From contig JAVZNE010000003.1 in NCBI GenBank assembly GCA_038882975.1, positions 1 to 64,000 on the forward strand: 64,000 nucleotides of DNA, written 5' to 3'. The notes beneath the pieces are model-generated. The model was not told where the DNA came from and ran no database searches. It saw only the letters and a list, made by a program, of their open reading frames with translations. This document shows, one piece after another, positions 27,371-37,098 of the stretch. Numbering within the stretch: the stretch's first letter is position 1; the number at the start of each line of letters is the position of its first letter. The stretch comes from Candidatus Bathyarchaeia archaeon (GTDB lineage: Archaea; Thermoproteota; Bathyarchaeia; Bathyarchaeales; Bathycorpusculaceae). A program made the position numbers and the translations under genes.

Positions 27371-29098
27371 TTACTGTTTAAAACCGCGCTTTTCACCCCT
27401 CAAATTATAACCATAATACCAAGCGGTCCAGCCCCTATAGAAGGCCTCCTCTCCAATTTTCCTTCTCTGCTTAATTCTACGATAAGCTAAAACAAGCAAC
27501 AAAATGATAAGCAAAATTAGAATCACCAGCAAAACCAAGTAAAGCCACTCAATCCCCCGCACACTATAATGGGCTGTAGCTTTGTGCGGTCCATCCATGT
27601 GGACAATTATCTGATACACGCCTGCTGGCTTGGAAACACCATCAACATTCCAGTGGCTAAAGTCATAACCCCTAATAGGTGGAGCGGATAATAAAACATT
27701 GACAGAAGCGTCATACCACCAGCCACCAGCAAAACCAGCCTCACCAGCAGGGCTCCTTGAAGGCTGTGGGCTTAAACCAGTTGGATTAGTGTTTACGGTC
27801 AAAAGATATTGAGTTTTCCAATTAGCAACAGCAGTCTTCGGTCTATCCATAATTATAGGGTCACTTCTAGCATAACTAGTTCCAGATGCATCTCCGCTCC
27901 AAAAAGCAAAGACTCGACGAGTTCCGTTTCCATGATCAACAATGCCAGTGTTTAAGGAAGCATACGCCGTCTCATTAGCATCATACCAGCCACCGCCTCC
28001 GACAACACCAAAAGGCGACACAACAGCCAAAAAATATTGGAGAGTATAATGGGCTGTTGCCGTATGATTCCTGTCCATAACTAAAGCAATGGTGTTACCA
28101 GCTAAAGCTACACCATCAACATCCCAATACTTAAACCTATACCGCACACCAGAAGACACTTGGACGATATCTGGGGCAGCCAAAGTAACATTTTCCCCCT
28201 CATCATACCATTTTTCACCAGGAATGAATGTTATACCTGGAGGATCCGTTTTAACAGCCAAATAGTATTGCCTTCTAGGAGACGTAAGCACAGTAAACCG
28301 TGATGAGCAAGGAGGACTATATGGAACACCACCCCACTCTGGTAGGGCAGTGTAAGCAACGGCAAAAACCGTCACATTGCCCACAGCTGCATTTTCGGGT
28401 ATTTTTGAAAAAACTTGAGCAACACTTTTGCCGGGCTGAAAAACCACGGGTTTGCCTTCATAAATTTCGTGGATTATTGGATAACCTAAAACATCAAAAG
28501 CGTCTACCATTACTACTGCAGACTTACCTGTTAAAGCAATATTCCTTATAGTTAAATTTAAAACTACAGTTTCGCCTCCCAGAAAGCTTATCTGTGGGTA
28601 TAGTTGCGCATTCAATGTTTCTATATTTATAACTTGAATAATCCACCCTACTTGAAAAGTTAATTTGTCCATAAACACTTTTTCAGCTATGCTGGTGGTG
28701 GCTACAACCGTCCAATCGCCAAAAACTTCTCGCTCAGCCTCCTCTGAAGGCCATGGAACCCTAAAACTAAAAGTGGCTATTCCATCTTCATCTGTTGTAT
28801 TGGCGCAAATCGCCACAGTGTTATTTAAGGGATTTAAAACTTGAAAAGCCACAAACCAATTCGCTATCGGTCCCTCATTATAGGTTACGCGGGCATATAA
28901 TTCCACACGCTCTTGTGGTTGGAAAGCGTCGCTTCGCTGGTTTAAACCTCTTCCATCAAACGGTACCTTATTTGTGAATAAGTCAATTTTACCCCCTTCA
29001 CCGCCTCCATAAACTTTCACGTTCACAACTGCCAATCCACATATAGCGATAAACAATGTCAACATAAGGGTGGCTGCTAGCCTTCTCCGTTTTGTCAT
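27371..29098 (-). CDS. Cell-surface protein: signal peptide, Ig-like domains, three ~75-aa beta repeats, C-terminal TM anchor
   Basis: MTKRRR + hydrophobic signal; repeats Y.L.V...G.WYD...F..W...I.MD...A.A.(Y/W) x3; C-terminal TM followed by RRIKQRRK. Confidence 0.8.
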   Translation of the reverse strand: MTKRRRLAATLMLTLFIAICGLAVVNVKVYGGGEGGKIDLFTNKVPFDGRGLNQRSDAFQPQERVELYARVTYNEGPIANWFVAFQVLNPLNNTVAICANTTDEDGIATFSFRVPWPSEEAEREVFGDWTVVATTSIAEKVFMDKLTFQVGWIIQVINIETLNAQLYPQISFLGGETVVLNLTIRNIALTGKSAVVMVDAFDVLGYPIIHEIYEGKPVVFQPGKSVAQVFSKIPENAAVGNVTVFAVAYTALPEWGGVPYSPPCSSRFTVLTSPRRQYYLAVKTDPPGITFIPGEKWYDEGENVTLAAPDIVQVSSGVRYRFKYWDVDGVALAGNTIALVMDRNHTATAHYTLQYFLAVVSPFGVVGGGGWYDANETAYASLNTGIVDHGNGTRRVFAFWSGDASGTSYARSDPIIMDRPKTAVANWKTQYLLTVNTNPTGLSPQPSRSPAGEAGFAGGWWYDASVNVLLSAPPIRGYDFSHWNVDGVSKPAGVYQIIVHMDGPHKATAHYSVRGIEWLYLVLLVILILLIILLLVLAYRRIKQRRKIGEEAFYRGWTAWYYGYNLRGEKRGFKQ

Positions 29099-29313
29099 TG
29101 TTATCAAGCCTATATTAGATGGCATGTTCTTTAACAAATATTCCGTAATCATGAATATTGCTATAGAAGATGTGTTTTTGAAAAGGCATAGCCAAAAATT
29201 TTCTTTGAAGATGTAAAATTTGGATTCTGAATCCTAATTAACTATACATCGGAAGGGGGAGCATGCCTTAAAAATATGAGGCCCTCTGGCTATTAGTAAA
29301 AGGGGTGTTATGG

Positions 29314-29475
29314 ATGAAGCGTAAATTGGTTGTTATAGTTGCGGAGTTGGTGGATGAGGCGGCTGAAGAAAAGGACAGCGTTATTAAACAGCAGCTTATT
29401 GAATGGTTTCAAGAGGACGCTGTTTCAGTTCCTTGGGTGAAAGAACTTAAAAGCATAGTTATCCAGGAAGGATAA
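29314..29475 (+). CDS. Small hypothetical protein (53 aa)
   Basis: Missed by ORF track: MKRKLVVIVAELVDEAAEEKDSVIKQQLIEWFQEDAVSVPWVKELKSIVIQEG; GGGGTG RBS-like element upstream. Confidence 0.6.
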   Translation: MKRKLVVIVAELVDEAAEEKDSVIKQQLIEWFQEDAVSVPWVKELKSIVIQEG

Positions 29476-29570
29476 TAGAATAGCGGCGAAAGATAAAACT
29501 GTTTTAATCCACCTCATACGTTTTTAAGGCCTAGAAAGATTTATGGACTAGAGACTTGCATTTTGAATTT

Positions 29571-29673
29571 GGGCCGGTAGTCTAGCTGGCTAACAATGAA
29601 AAGCGATAAATTGAGGCTTAGGGACGTCGCCCTCACGCGGCGAAGGTCACCGGTTCAAATCCGGTCCGGCCCA
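29571..29673 (+). tRNA. tRNA-Val(CAC) with a ~29-31 nt intron in the D-loop region
   Basis: GGGCCGG/CCGGCCC acceptor, TCGCC-CTCACGC-GGCGA anticodon arm, ACCGG-TTCAAAT-CCGGT; 103 nt with extra sequence between the D-stem strands (exact splice sites ambiguous). Confidence 0.9.
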
Positions 29674-29720
29674 CTCTTCTCAAGTTTTTAAACTTTTATA
29701 TCTGCATTGTTAATTAACGG

Positions 29721-31112
29721 TTGGAAGGCGAAGTTATGTCGGGGAGTTTTATGAGGTTGTTTGGCACTTCTGGTTTGAGGGGTTTGGTTAATGCTGACTT
29801 GACCCCAAGCTTGGCTGTTAGGGTTGGTATGGCATTAGGAACATTTATTAGTGCTGGCAAAGTTTTTGTGGCGAGGGACACGCGGACTTCTGGTTTAATA
29901 ATTGAGAATGCTTTGGTTTCTGGTTTGATGGCTTGTGGAATAAACGTCCACTGCCTTGGTATTTTGCCCACTCCTGTTCTGGCTTATTTGACCGGAAAGC
30001 TTGAAGCCAATGCTGGTTTGATGGTTACAGCTTCTCACAATCCACCCCAATACAATGGGATAAAGATTTTCGACAAGAATGGCGTGGCATACGACGAAAG
30101 GTTTCAGGGGGAGCTTGAAAAAATTATTGAAAGCGGGAATTTTAGGCTGGTGGAGTGGCGGAGCCTTGGCAGAGTTGAGTATAGTGATGAAAGCCAATTA
30201 TATGTGGATATGGTTTTGAAAAGCTTAAGGCTTGACGAGAAGTGGCGGGTTGTGGTTGACCCTGGTTGTGGAGCCACATGCCATATTGCACCAAAAATTT
30301 TTCAGAAGTTGGAATGCGAGGTTAAGGCTGTAAACAGCCAACCTGACGGTTTCTTTCCATGCCGGAGCCCGGAGCCGAACGCTGAATCCTTGAAGCCCTT
30401 ATCAAAAATTGTTAGGGGGCTTGGGGCTGATGTTGGAGTAGCCCATGATGGAGATGGGGATAGAGTCGCCTTCATAGATGAGAATGGCTGCTTCGTGGAT
30501 TTTGATAGGGTTTTGGCGGCGTATGCGGCTTATGTTTTGGAGAAAAATGGAGGTGGGACGGTTGTTACAAGTGTTGAGACTTCCATGTGTTTTGAGAAGA
30601 TGGTTGAGCCTTTGGGCGGGAAAGTTGTTAGAACAAGGGTTGGAGATATTTTCGTGGCGGAGGCTGTGAAAAGGTTTAAGGCGGTTTTTGGCGGTGAGCC
30701 TTGTGGTGCATGGATACACCCAAAACACCATTATTGCCCGGATGGAATTCTTTCCTCCGTATTTCTTTTAAGGGCTTTAGAGGATGAGGACAAGAGCCTT
30801 TCAGAATTTGTTGCTGATGTTCCAGCATATCCAATTGTTAGAAGGAATATCTACTGTAGGAACGAGGTAAAGCATACGGCTGTTAAAAGGGTAGAGGAGT
30901 CTCTGAAAATAGCTTTTCCGGATTATAGGCAGATTTCAACTGTTGATGGTGTTCGCTTGTCTCTTAGGGATGGTTGGGTTTTGGTTAGGGCTTCTGGCAC
31001 GGAGCCCTTGATAAGGCTTACTGTGGAGGGTGAATCTTTAAAGACTGCTGAAGCAATAATGGATAGAGCTTTAGCCGCCGTTAAAAGGGTTGTGGAGGGT
31101 TTGGAAAAGTGA
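29721..31112 (+). CDS. glmM: Phosphoglucosamine mutase / phosphohexomutase
   Basis: LFGTSGLRG, TASHNPP, DGDGDR, GGE, RASGTEP; adjacent to glmU. True start may be 29736 or 29751. Confidence 0.88.
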   Translation: MEGEVMSGSFMRLFGTSGLRGLVNADLTPSLAVRVGMALGTFISAGKVFVARDTRTSGLIIENALVSGLMACGINVHCLGILPTPVLAYLTGKLEANAGLMVTASHNPPQYNGIKIFDKNGVAYDERFQGELEKIIESGNFRLVEWRSLGRVEYSDESQLYVDMVLKSLRLDEKWRVVVDPGCGATCHIAPKIFQKLECEVKAVNSQPDGFFPCRSPEPNAESLKPLSKIVRGLGADVGVAHDGDGDRVAFIDENGCFVDFDRVLAAYAAYVLEKNGGGTVVTSVETSMCFEKMVEPLGGKVVRTRVGDIFVAEAVKRFKAVFGGEPCGAWIHPKHHYCPDGILSSVFLLRALEDEDKSLSEFVADVPAYPIVRRNIYCRNEVKHTAVKRVEESLKIAFPDYRQISTVDGVRLSLRDGWVLVRASGTEPLIRLTVEGESLKTAEAIMDRALAAVKRVVEGLEK

Positions 31113-32386
31113 AGGCCGTTGTTTTAGCAGCTGGAGAGGGCGTAAGGCTTCACCCCATCACTTTAACCCGTCCAAAACACTTAATCAGCTTTGGCGGAAA
31201 ACCCATTCTTGAGCACTGTTTAAAGGCGATTAAGGCTTGTGGAATAAGCGAAATTGTAATAGTTGTGCATTATATGGCTGAAGCTATCCGCAAATATTTC
31301 GGCTCCGGAGAAAAACTTGGACTAAAAATTGAATATGCCTATCAAAAGGATGCCCTTGGGACCGGAAACGCTGCGAGTGTTGCCGAACCATATGTTGATG
31401 GAGACTTTCTGTTAGTCTATGGTGATTTACTTTTCACGGCGGATGCCCTCAAAAAAGTTATGGAAATACACAACCAAAAGAGGCCTTCGGCAACACTGTC
31501 TATGGTGCGTGTTGAGCGCCCCGAGGATTATGGCATAATTGAGCTTAAGGATGATGGAAGGGTGAAACGCATAATTGAGAAACCTCGCCGAGAGGAAGCA
31601 CCAACAAACTTGGCTAATGCTGGGCTTTACGTTTTTTCTCCTGAAATTTTTGAAAAAGTTAAGCGGATATCGGTTTCTTCGAGGGGCGAGTGGGAGATAA
31701 CAGACGCCATTGAAATCCTCATCGAGGAGGAAAAAACTGTTTTTGCCGCTGAGATTCCGAGGGATGAGTGGTTTGACATAGGTAGACCTTGGGATTTGCT
31801 GGAGGCCAACCGCTGGGTGCTTACACGTATGGAACACAGAGCATTTGGAAATGTTGAAGAGGGCGCCCACATAATTGGTCCTGTGACGATTGCCGAAACC
31901 GCCCGCATACGTTCAGGAGCCTACATTGAAGGACCAGTCTACATAGGCGAAAACAGTGATGTGGGACCCAACTGCTACATACGTCCATGCACAAGTATTG
32001 GCAAAAACGTGCGGATAGGAAATGCTTGCGAGATAAAGAACAGCATAATTATGGACGGGGTGCATATTGGGCATTTGTCCTATGTTGGTGACAGCATAAT
32101 TGGCGAAAACTGTAATTTGGGCGCTGGAACAATAACGGCTAACTATCGCCTCGACGCTGGAACAATAAAAATGATGGTTAAGGATAAGCTTGTGGACACT
32201 GGAAGGACAAAGTTAGGCGCAGTTCTAGGGGACAACGTTAAAACCGGGATAAACGCGCTCCTAATGCCTGGCGTAAAAGTTGGGAACAACTGTTGGATTG
32301 GACCAAACGTCGTAGTCCATCGTGACTTGCCGCCGAATACAGCAGTATTCTTAAAGCAAAACATAGAAGAGAGGAGAATAAGTTGA
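31109..32386 (+). CDS. glmU: Bifunctional sugar-1-phosphate nucleotidylyltransferase/acetyltransferase (archaeal GlmU)
   Basis: LAAGEGVRL..T..RPK, EKP, C-terminal hexapeptide repeats, HLSYVGDS. Confidence 0.9.
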   Translation: MKAVVLAAGEGVRLHPITLTRPKHLISFGGKPILEHCLKAIKACGISEIVIVVHYMAEAIRKYFGSGEKLGLKIEYAYQKDALGTGNAASVAEPYVDGDFLLVYGDLLFTADALKKVMEIHNQKRPSATLSMVRVERPEDYGIIELKDDGRVKRIIEKPRREEAPTNLANAGLYVFSPEIFEKVKRISVSSRGEWEITDAIEILIEEEKTVFAAEIPRDEWFDIGRPWDLLEANRWVLTRMEHRAFGNVEEGAHIIGPVTIAETARIRSGAYIEGPVYIGENSDVGPNCYIRPCTSIGKNVRIGNACEIKNSIIMDGVHIGHLSYVGDSIIGENCNLGAGTITANYRLDAGTIKMMVKDKLVDTGRTKLGAVLGDNVKTGINALLMPGVKVGNNCWIGPNVVVHRDLPPNTAVFLKQNIEERRIS

Positions 32387-32397
32387 TTTGGAAAGTT

Positions 32398-33465
32398 TTA
32401 GCTGACCATTATTGAGGTCCCGCAGTATTCGCACTGTACTGTTGTTTGTCCCTTGTAAATCTCCTTTGTGTAGGGCGCTCCGCAGTGGGGACATCGGATA
32501 ACCCTTATTGTTGGGGCTTCTTTCGGGGTTATCCCCCTTATCATTGCTATGTCCCTGTCCGCTTCACCGCCTATAATGTATTGGAAGAACCTTGTTATTA
32601 CATCGGCTTCCCAATCTTTAACGTCGAAGGGTGTTTCCTCTAATCCGCGTTCTGGCTTAAAGCGTATGTAAACGCCTGTCCACGCTATCAACCCCACCCT
32701 TCCTTTGGAGATTTCCCGAAGTGCCCCTATGGGCTGTTCTATTAACACTGTGCGTTCCGTCTTCTTTTTAGTGGCGATGAAAAGCTTCTTTTCAAGGACA
32801 ACCTCCTTCTTTCCTTCAAAAATGAACCTCTGATTTGTAAAGTACAATGTTCCATCGCATTTGTCCTTCGCCATAATCTTTCCTTCAATGGCTAATACTG
32901 GGCTTTCTTCGGGCTTTAGCGGAAAACACGCGAAAGAGAAAAGCTCCATGGTTTTTTCAGCTATTTTTAGGTCTCTGTCTATGGCGTCTATGCTTCCCAA
33001 AAACTCGCCGAGGGAAGCGTTAATCTTAGCTGTTTCAGCGGCAACCCGCGCCCTTAAAGTTGAGGCTTCTGCTGAAAGATGCCCCACTGAAGCCCAGCCG
33101 AAAACTGCACCGCCAAAACTTGTCCCAGCCTTTAGCCTCTGAACTTCGGATTGGAGCGCGCGAATCTGACCCGTTAATGGTTGAACGTTACTGTAAAAGT
33201 CTTGCTTAATTGTTGGAGAAACATCAATCCACTTTTTGGTCAGAAGCTCTATGCTTTTTTCAAGATGCCCCATGGCAGCGTAGCCACGCCCGCGAACAGT
33301 TGTAAGCCTACTTGGAAGAGAAGCCATAGCCCCGTCAATACGAGCAAATTTACTTTCCACATCGCTTATCGCCGCCAAAGCACTTGAGAGATCAGACTCT
33401 ATGGACCTAAGCCTCGAGTATAGGGCTTCCCTTTCCCTATCAACCTGTGCCATCCCACTCGCCAA
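32398..33465 (-). CDS. Hypothetical: coiled coil + PH/GRAM-like domain + zinc ribbon
   Basis: Heptad N-terminal half; DGTLYFTNQRFIFEG; CPHCG...CEYCG. Confidence 0.65.
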   Translation of the reverse strand: MASGMAQVDREREALYSRLRSIESDLSSALAAISDVESKFARIDGAMASLPSRLTTVRGRGYAAMGHLEKSIELLTKKWIDVSPTIKQDFYSNVQPLTGQIRALQSEVQRLKAGTSFGGAVFGWASVGHLSAEASTLRARVAAETAKINASLGEFLGSIDAIDRDLKIAEKTMELFSFACFPLKPEESPVLAIEGKIMAKDKCDGTLYFTNQRFIFEGKKEVVLEKKLFIATKKKTERTVLIEQPIGALREISKGRVGLIAWTGVYIRFKPERGLEETPFDVKDWEADVITRFFQYIIGGEADRDIAMIRGITPKEAPTIRVIRCPHCGAPYTKEIYKGQTTVQCEYCGTSIMVS

Positions 33466-33555
33466 AACTATTTTGCTGGATAATCCTAATAATGCTTGTG
33501 CAGTTAAACCCTAAAATATGTGTTCCTATAACGTGTACGTAGAGGAGGATAAGCG

Positions 33556-33978
33556 TTGTCAGTGGCTCAGAGAAGGTTCTTCACGGAAGTTTCGGCTCTC
33601 ATAGACAAAACCGTGATCGTCACAACCACGGCTGGCAAAACATATAATGGAACATTGATAGGAATTAACCCGGACAATTTAAGTCTGTGCCTAGCGGATG
33701 CGAAAGATGAGGAGGGTAAAAAGCTTCATAGAGTTTTCTTGAACGGTAATGTTGTCGCCCAAATCTTGAGTGTTGAAAAGCCTTTTGACTTGAAGGCTTT
33801 GGCTGAACGTCTTGAAAGGGTTTTCCCAACAATGGTTAAGCTTTATGAGGATAAGGGTTTCATATGGGTTATGGACAAAGTTAAAGTAACAGAGAAAGGC
33901 GTTGTTGAGGGCTCAGGTCCAGCTGCAGAAAGAGTGCAGAAGGTTTACGAACAGTTCATTAGCGAAACCAGGGGTTAG
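33556..33978 (+). CDS. Lsm family RNA-binding protein (SmAP3-type with C-terminal extension)
   Basis: Sm1/Sm2 motifs GKTYNGTL.G...L.L.DA...FLNG plus a ~60-aa CTD. Confidence 0.88.
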   Translation: MSVAQRRFFTEVSALIDKTVIVTTTAGKTYNGTLIGINPDNLSLCLADAKDEEGKKLHRVFLNGNVVAQILSVEKPFDLKALAERLERVFPTMVKLYEDKGFIWVMDKVKVTEKGVVEGSGPAAERVQKVYEQFISETRG

Positions 33979-34724
33979 ACAAACCAGCGGAATTGCTCTT
34001 CCCTTTTCTTTTCTTCCTTGACAGTTCTAACCCAGCCGAAGGACTCCAAAATTTTCGTCGTCTTCTCAGCTGCAACATCAAGCCTCGACAAGTCAACCTT
34101 TAGGTTCAAATACTTGTTTAGGGCGGAAAGCGCGTAACGGGCAGCATTTGCATCTGGATAAGTGCCTAAAGTCTCCACTAGAAGCGAGAAGCCCCTAAAG
34201 CCTCTTAGACTTCCAAGCCCTATCAGTATGCCAGCCACTCCGAAAATGTTTCCAACCATAATTTTTGCACCCAGATTTAAGGCTTCTTTTAATGTTTCCG
34301 GGTCAGAGGCTGCACAGTAAATCTCCGGCGTCTCCTTAACCTCCTCCTGTTTAAACCCGCCAACGGTTATGAGGAAGCGGCATCCAAGCTCCTCGGCAAT
34401 GTCAAGAACTTTACCGCACAGTTCATATTGCCCAAAAGTCGTTAGGGCTTGGGTGTTGCCATACCAAATAATTAGGTCTCGACCTTCTCCCTTGTTCTTG
34501 TAGTAGTATAGCTCGTTTATTGGGGAGCGGGTGCTTCCTGTTTCTGTTGTCACTGCTAGGTCTTGGAAGGATGCTGAAAAGATTCTGGCGAAGAGTTTAG
34601 CTTCCAACTCGTGGATTAAGTGTAATGCGACTATGTTGGCTACAAAGCCTATCCCCGGCAGTCCCTCGATTAGAACTGGGTTTTCAAGTTTTGGCTTCTC
34701 CTCAAATTGGACGGTTAAAGCCAT
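33975..34724 (-). CDS. PAC2-family proteasome assembly chaperone-like protein
   Basis: LIEGLPGIGFVA, ITVGG, GVAGILIG, ETLGTYPD..AA. Confidence 0.88.
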   Translation of the reverse strand: MALTVQFEEKPKLENPVLIEGLPGIGFVANIVALHLIHELEAKLFARIFSASFQDLAVTTETGSTRSPINELYYYKNKGEGRDLIIWYGNTQALTTFGQYELCGKVLDIAEELGCRFLITVGGFKQEEVKETPEIYCAASDPETLKEALNLGAKIMVGNIFGVAGILIGLGSLRGFRGFSLLVETLGTYPDANAARYALSALNKYLNLKVDLSRLDVAAEKTTKILESFGWVRTVKEEKKREEQFRWFV

Positions 34725-34828
34725 TGATATGACTCCTTTTTCGCTTGGTATAGAAATGGGTTGTTGTAATATAAGTTTGCGGCTTTACATTTTATAAGCA
34801 TGTTCAGCTGATTTTGTTTAGGCTGATA

Positions 34829-36442
34829 ATGAGTTTCGAGATAAGAGAAAGGGACTTACTTGCAAGAATCGGGAGACTGCGGACCAAAAGCGGCACTATA
34901 GAGACTCCACTCCTCTTTCCAGTTATAAATCCGGCTATACAATTAATTCCGCCGAAGAGAATCCGCGAAGAGTTTGGCTTTGAAGCCCTAATAACGAATG
35001 CCTACATCCTTAAAAGGCGATTCCAAAACCAGCCAGCCGAAAAGGGCTTACACACTTTTCTGGATTTTAAAGGTGTAATAATGACGGATTCGGGCGCCTA
35101 CCAAATCCTAGTTTATGGAGATGTGGAAATCACTCCTGAAGAAATTGTGGATTACCAGGAGCGGATTGATACGGACATAGCCACAATACTGGATTGGCCA
35201 ACCGGCTGGAGGGTCTCAAGGAAACGCGCAGAACAAACAGTGAATGAAACGCTGAAAAGGGCTGCTGAACTCTTCAAGATTAAAAAGAGGGAGGATATTC
35301 TCTGGGTTGGGCCGGTTCAAGGTGGACGTTATCTAGATTTGGTGGCAATGTCGGCTTCTGAGATGGCTAAGCTTCCATTTGACATTCATGCTTTAGGAAG
35401 CCCAACTGAGGTTATGGAAAATTACCGCTTCGACGTTTTGGTGGACATGATTTTAACAGCAAAAATGAACTTACCTATCGAACGACCTTTCCACCTTTTT
35501 GGTGCTGGGCACCCCTTCATGTTTTCCTTGGCTGTCGCTTTAGGATGCGACTTTTTTGATTCTGCGGCCTACGCCATCTATGCTAGAGAAAACAGGTACA
35601 TGACGGAAACTGGAACTGTGCGGCTTGAAGAGCTTGAATTTTTCCCGTGTGCGTGTCCAAAATGTTCAAGCAAGAATCCAAAAAATGTTACGGAGCTTCC
35701 CAACAAGGAGAGGCAAACCTTCATAGCGGAACACAACCTTTACGTTTGCTATGCTGAAATTAAGCGGATAAAACAAGCAATAAAGGAAGGTAGGCTCTGG
35801 GAACATTTGGAGTTTAGGGCTCATGGGCACCCCGCACTGTTACAAGCGTTAAAAAAGCTGAAAAAATATGAAGGCTTCATTGAGAAGCACAGCCCAACCG
35901 TAAAGCGCAGCGGACTTTTCTATTTTGATTCTCTTGGTTTAGCTCGTCCAGAGGTTGTACGCCACAGAATCCGATTGTCTGAAAGATATGCTCCTCCAAA
36001 GGAGGCTGAAATTCTTATATTAATGCCTCAAACTAGAGCCAAACCATACCACAAATCTGAAGAGTATAAAAAGCTGGCGAAAGCCCTTCGGGATTTTCCG
36101 AAAGAGCACCTGCGGAGATTTCACGTTTGTTTTTATGAGTCGCCCTTTGGAGTAATTCCATTAGAGCTTGATGAGGTTTATCCGCTTTCTCAGCATGAAA
36201 CAGCCATGCCGCCGGATAAGGAGACTGTGGAATATGTGGCTTCCCAAGTGGCAGACTATATAGGCAGAAACAATTACAAAACGGTGCTGTTACTCCAAAA
36301 CATTGAAGATTGGGGCGAAGAAGTTTTGAAGGCATGCAAAAAGGCATGCGTGGCTAAAGGCGTCGCCTTTAAATCTTTTAATATGGATAATAAGTGGATT
36401 AAATCGGTGTTAAACTTTTTAAAGAAGGTGCAGGTTGGCTAG
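34829..36442 (+). CDS. tgtA: Archaeosine tRNA-guanine(15) transglycosylase
   Basis: MTDSGAYQ, PVQGG, HLFGAGHP, DFFDSAAY, CACPKC, HNL. Confidence 0.95.
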   Translation: MSFEIRERDLLARIGRLRTKSGTIETPLLFPVINPAIQLIPPKRIREEFGFEALITNAYILKRRFQNQPAEKGLHTFLDFKGVIMTDSGAYQILVYGDVEITPEEIVDYQERIDTDIATILDWPTGWRVSRKRAEQTVNETLKRAAELFKIKKREDILWVGPVQGGRYLDLVAMSASEMAKLPFDIHALGSPTEVMENYRFDVLVDMILTAKMNLPIERPFHLFGAGHPFMFSLAVALGCDFFDSAAYAIYARENRYMTETGTVRLEELEFFPCACPKCSSKNPKNVTELPNKERQTFIAEHNLYVCYAEIKRIKQAIKEGRLWEHLEFRAHGHPALLQALKKLKKYEGFIEKHSPTVKRSGLFYFDSLGLARPEVVRHRIRLSERYAPPKEAEILILMPQTRAKPYHKSEEYKKLAKALRDFPKEHLRRFHVCFYESPFGVIPLELDEVYPLSQHETAMPPDKETVEYVASQVADYIGRNNYKTVLLLQNIEDWGEEVLKACKKACVAKGVAFKSFNMDNKWIKSVLNFLKKVQVG

Positions 36443-36460
36443 GCGGGCTAGGCGGTAAAA

Positions 36461-37066
36461 TTGATTCATGCAGACCTACACATTCATACAATGTTTTCGC
36501 CCGACGCTTCAATACACCCAAAAACCATAGTGGAGCAGCTTTTCGCCCACCCCCATATAAAAGCGGCTGCAATAACAGATCATAACACAGTTAGAGGATA
36601 CTATAAGGTGTTGGAGTTAGCCAAAGCCTACCCAGACATCCTCATTATTCCAGGCATCGAAGTCAGCTCTTTTGGCGGCGATTTGATCCTTTTAGGAATT
36701 GCTGAAGTTCCGCCCCAACCGTGGACCGTTAAAAATGTCATAGATTTTGCCCATGAAAGAGGTGGCTTGGCGATTGCTGCACATCCCTATAGGGTCTTCG
36801 GTTTGGGCGATTTCGCCAAAAACTATGTTATTGACGCTGTTGAGGTTTTGAATGGCGGTTGCTCCCGCCAACTCAACATGCTAGCCGAGGAACTAGCAAA
36901 GGCGATGGCTTTGCCCGGCGTGGCTGGAAGCGACGCCCATAGGGCGGATGAGCTTTGGACCGTTTACAACGAAATTCAAGCTTCAACGGATTTAGATGAA
37001 ATTTTAAGGGCTATTAAACGGGGACATGTTAGGGTTGCCTATGCTGGAAAGTCAATACATTTTTAA
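36461..37066 (+). CDS. PHP-domain phosphoesterase
   Basis: DLHIHT, ITDHN, PGIE, AHP, GSDAH. Confidence 0.9.
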   Translation: MIHADLHIHTMFSPDASIHPKTIVEQLFAHPHIKAAAITDHNTVRGYYKVLELAKAYPDILIIPGIEVSSFGGDLILLGIAEVPPQPWTVKNVIDFAHERGGLAIAAHPYRVFGLGDFAKNYVIDAVEVLNGGCSRQLNMLAEELAKAMALPGVAGSDAHRADELWTVYNEIQASTDLDEILRAIKRGHVRVAYAGKSIHF

Positions 37067-37098
37067 AATAGCTGTGCCAATGTTAAGTGCGTTAATGG

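Noticed and set aside
34829-36442. TgtA truncated because no PUA domain is evident
   Set aside because: PUA-less or split ArcTGTs are known in archaea; catalytic and Zn motifs are intact.
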